Origin: Bacteroidales bacterium
GTDB taxonomy: Bacteria; Bacteroidota; Bacteroidia; Bacteroidales; UBA7960
DNA: 36,157 nt
Direction: 5' to 3'
NCBI GenBank assembly: GCA_007122745.1
Contig: SKTA01000071.1
Span: forward strand, 1-36,157
The notes under the pieces are model-generated. The model searched no databases. It was given only the letters and a program-made list of their open reading frames with translations, and was not told where the DNA came from. Positions 32,467-36,157 of the stretch are shown piece by piece; position 1 is the stretch's first letter; every line of letters begins with the position of its first letter. The position numbers and the translations under genes are program-made.

Positions 32467-34050
32467 TTACTCGATTGTAAAAGACAGGGCGCCGAGGTTT
32501 CTTTCTCTTCCATCAGGGCCAGGTCGTGTTATAATATCTGTAAATGTAACGGATTGTCCGCTTCTCGCATTATTAATCAGTAAAACCATTTCGCTGGTCA
32601 GGGTGTTGCCGCTTTCCTGCCTTTCCCGTCTGATCTCCCCGGCTCTTTCGGTAATCATTTCGAAGCGAGCCACCTCATACCGCAGGTCAAACACAAAGTC
32701 TTCTGCCATTCTTGCTTCGATAATGGTTTGTGGTCTTGTAAGAAGCTGCCGTGGGATCCTTCCGCTCCTTTGGCCTGCAATGTAGGCGGTCGGGTCTGGG
32801 TTTCTTAGCACCCTGAATGGTGTTACAGCCATGGTTTCCAAACGGTCGCCAACCCGGGCCCTTACTGTAATGTTTACTTCGCGGACTTCAGGATCTACAT
32901 TTACGATGTAGCTTCCGTCTCTTTGTCTTGTCAGGGTACCTCCTCTTGATATTTCCGGAACCAGGTTTTCGCTTGGAACGCCGCTTGCTGCAATGGATAC
33001 AGGGTTTTCGAGGCCGGCATAGAAAACATTCATTCTTGTGGGTGATACTGTTGCCATTGGAGATTCAACAGTATATTGTGTTCTGAAGGGGTGAGACGTT
33101 TCGACGCCGGCTGGCGATCTTACTACGATCCTGCCATTAACGGTATGTGTGCCGGCAGATCTTGCTGCAAGCCGCAGGCGGCCTATGCCGTCGCTAACAG
33201 GTATTCTGCCGATACCATCAACGAAAACTTCAGGGTCCTGGCGTGTATCGATGGCGGCCACAAAAACATCCGCTTCAAACTGCCCTCCCTGCATAACGAT
33301 TCTGCTCTCCGGAACGATCCTTGCGCTTACTTCATCAAAACGGAACTGTCCGGCGTGGATCAGGTCATAAAGCATGCTGATTGCATCGAACTGTGCGTTG
33401 CGTATCTCTGTGACCATCCGGCTCAGGTTTGTTGCCACGGCAACGGAAATGACACGTTCAAAATTGTATGTTTGCCAGTCGACACTGGAGCCTCCTCTGT
33501 CGAATGGGCCATCTGTATCGAGTCCAAGCTTAACGCTTTGGTTGTGTAATGCAAGGATACTGTCAATCTCAGATTTAAAGTTTTCTATCATTGTCCTGAG
33601 TGTGTGCGCGCGGGTGCCGGTGCCACCGGAATAACCACCCTCCTCCATCCAGAACCTTGTCGACCGACTGTAATTGTCTTTCTGCCTCAGGTCGATCAGG
33701 TCAAGTGTATCTGCTTCTTCAAAATCTATGTTGTTCAACATGGCAATCATAAGTGTTCTGTTGGTCATAACGTAACTGACCATGGAGTCTGCAAGCTCTT
33801 TAACATAGAGGGCTTGCCCATGATAAGGAAATACATGTTCTTCGGAAAAGTTTTGCACCTGTGCATTGAAGTCATCATAGATCATATCCACCTTCATCTC
33901 AAAATTTTGATTGGTCTCCTGGATACCCCTGTCAATCAAAGGGAATGAATCAAGGACCTCCACAGACACGTTGAGGGCCATCAGTGCAAGGAAGATCAGA
34001 TACATCAGTCCGATCAGTTTTTGTCTGGGGGTTTGTTTTCCTCCTGCCAT
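32467..34050 (-). CDS. gldM: Gliding motility / T9SS protein GldM
   Basis: 527 aa. The N-terminus MAGGKQTPRQKLIGLMYLIFLALMALNVS is the hallmark GldM single TM helix, followed by a long periplasmic region. Confidence 0.93.
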   Translation of the reverse strand: MAGGKQTPRQKLIGLMYLIFLALMALNVSVEVLDSFPLIDRGIQETNQNFEMKVDMIYDDFNAQVQNFSEEHVFPYHGQALYVKELADSMVSYVMTNRTLMIAMLNNIDFEEADTLDLIDLRQKDNYSRSTRFWMEEGGYSGGTGTRAHTLRTMIENFKSEIDSILALHNQSVKLGLDTDGPFDRGGSSVDWQTYNFERVISVAVATNLSRMVTEIRNAQFDAISMLYDLIHAGQFRFDEVSARIVPESRIVMQGGQFEADVFVAAIDTRQDPEVFVDGIGRIPVSDGIGRLRLAARSAGTHTVNGRIVVRSPAGVETSHPFRTQYTVESPMATVSPTRMNVFYAGLENPVSIAASGVPSENLVPEISRGGTLTRQRDGSYIVNVDPEVREVNITVRARVGDRLETMAVTPFRVLRNPDPTAYIAGQRSGRIPRQLLTRPQTIIEARMAEDFVFDLRYEVARFEMITERAGEIRRERQESGNTLTSEMVLLINNARSGQSVTFTDIITRPGPDGRERNLGALSFTIE

Positions 34051-34112
34051 AATTTGGGTTGTATCTTAAGTCAAAAGCTGTTACTAATAATATAGATTAA
34101 TTAGCCCAATGA

Positions 34113-35006
34113 CTATCTGTTTACATTAAAATTCATTGCAGAGAGCATGTTGCCATATACACTGTTCAGGCTCTTGATGTTCTCTGTAAGCCGTGCCATC
34201 TCGTCCTTATATTGCTGTGCTGTTGCAGCAGAACTACTGAGCTGATCTGTAATGACGCCAACTGCTTCTTCATGCCTTTTTGTAACTTCGGTTTGATTAG
34301 TTGCAGCTTTCATTTGGAGCTCGTATGCCGTGTTAAGCGCTGTAAGGCTTTTGGTCATTTCCTCGGAGGCATAAATGTTGTCCTTGGCTTTTGTAGCTGT
34401 TTCCTTATAGGAATCACTGATGTCGTTCAGTGAATGTACGGCACTTTTCAAACTTGTGTTGTATTCTTCAGACAGACTTAAATCCTGCTTCAGGTATTCT
34501 GCTTTATTTTTGTAGGACTGGCTCAAATCAAGGACAGATTTGGATGCGGTTTCCATGTTCTGAATGTATTGATTGGTTGCAATTGTTGCATTTGAAAGGT
34601 CTGCCAATCGTGCCGCATTGTCGCTAAGGTTTCGCAAACCGCGTCCCAGCCTGTTGATCAGCTCCGGTCCAATGTCAGCTTCTTCCATCAGTTTGTCCAG
34701 GTTGGAAGAAAGGGTAATGTTTTGTGTGCCACCGGCAACCATTGTTCTTTCGCGGGAAATAGTTTCGGTTGGCTCTAATCCGGCAAGTTCGGGATACACC
34801 AGGCTCCAGTCAGGTTCTTCCGGAACGTGTTCAAATGCAGAAAAGAAGAAAACAATGGCTTCTACACCCATGCCTACAACAAGTGCCTCATCAGCAAACG
34901 GCCAGTGCATGATCTTGAAAAGGGCACCGATAATCACCAATGATGCTCCCCATCCGTACAATCTGGACATAAAAAGTTTCCAGGTTCTGTTTTGTGCAAA
35001 TTTCAT
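34113..35006 (-). CDS. gldL: Gliding motility / T9SS protein GldL
   Basis: 297 aa. LYGWGASLVIIGALFKIMHWPFA...GMGVEAIVFFFSAFE gives the two GldL TM helices with the conserved Glu, followed by a cytoplasmic helical tail. Confidence 0.93.
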   Translation of the reverse strand: MKFAQNRTWKLFMSRLYGWGASLVIIGALFKIMHWPFADEALVVGMGVEAIVFFFSAFEHVPEEPDWSLVYPELAGLEPTETISRERTMVAGGTQNITLSSNLDKLMEEADIGPELINRLGRGLRNLSDNAARLADLSNATIATNQYIQNMETASKSVLDLSQSYKNKAEYLKQDLSLSEEYNTSLKSAVHSLNDISDSYKETATKAKDNIYASEEMTKSLTALNTAYELQMKAATNQTEVTKRHEEAVGVITDQLSSSAATAQQYKDEMARLTENIKSLNSVYGNMLSAMNFNVNR

Positions 35007-35042
35007 TTTTAGTTGATTTAGGTTTAAACAAACTTCTTTTTC

Positions 35043-36157
35043 TTAATATACGTTTGATGCGCCTCTGCGACCATCGCCCGGGTCCCGGCCGGGGAAGGTC
35101 TGAATGCTTCGAAAGCCGATATGTGATGTTGCTGTATCCTGGTACTCATAAGATCTTGTGCTTACCTGAAGGAAATAACCGATGTCCTTCCATGAGCCAC
35201 CGCGAACAACTTTGCGCTTCAAGGTTGGTGGATCATCTGGGCTTGCATTATACTCATAATCCGGATTCATGTCAGACATTTGATAGTAATAAGATTCACT
35301 GTATGCTGTTCTGGTCCACTCCGCTACGTTCCCAGCCATGTCATAAAGGCCATAGTCGTTGGGGGGGTAATATCCTGCAACAATTGGGTAAAGGCCTCCG
35401 GTATGCGTGTATCTTCCTCTTTGTGGTTTAAAGTTTGCCAGGAAGCAACCCTCCCCATCATATACGTAGGGGCCACCCCAGGGGTAAGGACTTAAATGGC
35501 GCCCCCCGCGAGCTGCATACTCCCACTGTGCTTCCGTAGGCAGTTCAAACTTATGTGAAAAAGGTTGGTTTTCACTGGCAAGATAGCTGTTAAGGTATTC
35601 AGTGCGCCATGAATTAAATGCCTTGGCTTGATTCCAATCCACACCAACTACCGGATAATGGTCATAGGTGGGATGCCAGAAATACATTTCTGTCATCGGT
35701 TCATTGTAAGAGTAGGTAAAGTCCCTGATCCACACAAGGGTGTCCGGGTAAACAGGAACTGTATTTTGGGATACCAGGTCTTGCCTTGAAACATTAAGGT
35801 CCCTGGCAGCTTTATGCAGGTCGATGGTGAAATAGGAGTAAATGAGTTGGCGGGTGTCAATTTCCCTGCGACCGAAAAAGCGTTCATCCTCTCTCAGAAA
35901 CATCTGTTCCAGCACCTCCCTTTCCTCTTCACCATCCCAGTGAATCCTTCTGGGTCCACCATCTCTTGGCCACCGGATTAAAGGCTCATCAAGGAGGAAC
36001 CCTTCGTCATCCTCCAGAATACCGTAATCTTCAAGTTCAGGAATGGCCATGGCCTCCTGAGCAAGAAGTTTTCTGGCTATTGAATCCCGTACCCAAAAAA
36101 CAAACTGGCGATACTGGTTGTTTGTAATTTCCGTTTCATCCATATAGAAAGCTGACA
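35043..36157 (-). CDS. gldK: Gliding motility / T9SS lipoprotein GldK (FGE-sulfatase fold), N-terminally truncated by the window edge
   Basis: The track starts it at an internal Met (36143). The frame stays open to the window end (...SAFYMDETEITNNQYRQF). The C-terminal GGSW..., RSIQ block and the position upstream of gldL also fit GldK. Confidence 0.9.
   Translation of the reverse strand, partial: SAFYMDETEITNNQYRQFVFWVRDSIARKLLAQEAMAIPELEDYGILEDDEGFLLDEPLIRWPRDGGPRRIHWDGEEEREVLEQMFLREDERFFGRREIDTRQLIYSYFTIDLHKAARDLNVSRQDLVSQNTVPVYPDTLVWIRDFTYSYNEPMTEMYFWHPTYDHYPVVGVDWNQAKAFNSWRTEYLNSYLASENQPFSHKFELPTEAQWEYAARGGRHLSPYPWGGPYVYDGEGCFLANFKPQRGRYTHTGGLYPIVAGYYPPNDYGLYDMAGNVAEWTRTAYSESYYYQMSDMNPDYEYNASPDDPPTLKRKVVRGGSWKDIGYFLQVSTRSYEYQDTATSHIGFRSIQTFPGRDPGDGRRGASNVY

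Noticed and set aside
35043-36157. Possible sulfatase-maturating (formylglycine-generating) enzyme
   Set aside because: The FGE-like fold is shared by GldK. Its position immediately upstream of gldL-gldM-gldN and the FYMDETEITN block identify it as GldK, not a sulfatase maturase.
31590-36157. gldKLMN cluster as a candidate novel system
   Set aside because: This is the well-described core of the Bacteroidota type IX secretion/gliding machinery, in its canonical gene order.
1-36157. Scan for CRISPR arrays, tRNA/rRNA genes, transposases, integrases, phage genes and large repeats
   Set aside because: None were seen by eye. Intergenic regions are short, the longest being about 356, 240, 186 and 161 bp. 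None has tRNA-like GC-rich cloverleaf potential or spaced direct repeats beyond those reported. A tRNAscan or Infernal run would be needed for certainty.

Overview
All calls come from reading the sequence and the supplied ORF track by eye. No database or structure search was run.

**Overall picture.** This is a densely coded chromosomal segment of about 45% GC, most likely from a Bacteroidota genome. The evidence for that:
- a gldK-gldL-gldM-gldN gliding/T9SS core operon
- a T9SS type-A C-terminal sorting domain
- a FISUMP-domain protein
- TAnnTTTG-type -7 promoter boxes
- start codons that mostly lack a Shine-Dalgarno sequence

**Housekeeping genes.** Most of the window is housekeeping:
- asd, glyQS, pheT, rbfA and comF
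- a long-chain polyprenyl synthase and a YegS-type lipid kinase
- a LolC/E-like permease
- class I and class II fumarases in tandem

**Two regions stand out.**
1. A two-gene Family-1 encapsulin operon at 1574-2739. It encodes an EncFtn ferritin-like cargo with a C-terminal targeting peptide, followed by an HK97-fold shell protein. This system type is already known. Its local peculiarities are a His/Asp-rich linker, a perfect SD before the shell gene, and a promoter-embedded palindrome.
2. My best candidate for something undescribed is a 1,726-aa single ORF at 8229-13409.
   - It fuses an SLC12/cation-chloride-cotransporter-like permease and its cytosolic C-terminal domain to about 650 aa of helical sequence, then to a C-terminal STAND/ORC-like P-loop ATPase with a winged-helix tail.
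   - It overlaps a minimal MscS-like channel gene by 4 nt (ATGA).
   - A full-length MscS gene is transcribed divergently from it.

**Edge genes.** Two genes run off the window edges. The supplied ORF track omits or truncates them:
- a lipoprotein gene at 1-1217 (-)
- gldK at 35043-36157 (-)

**Not found.** I saw no rRNA, tRNA, CRISPR array, transposase or integrase.
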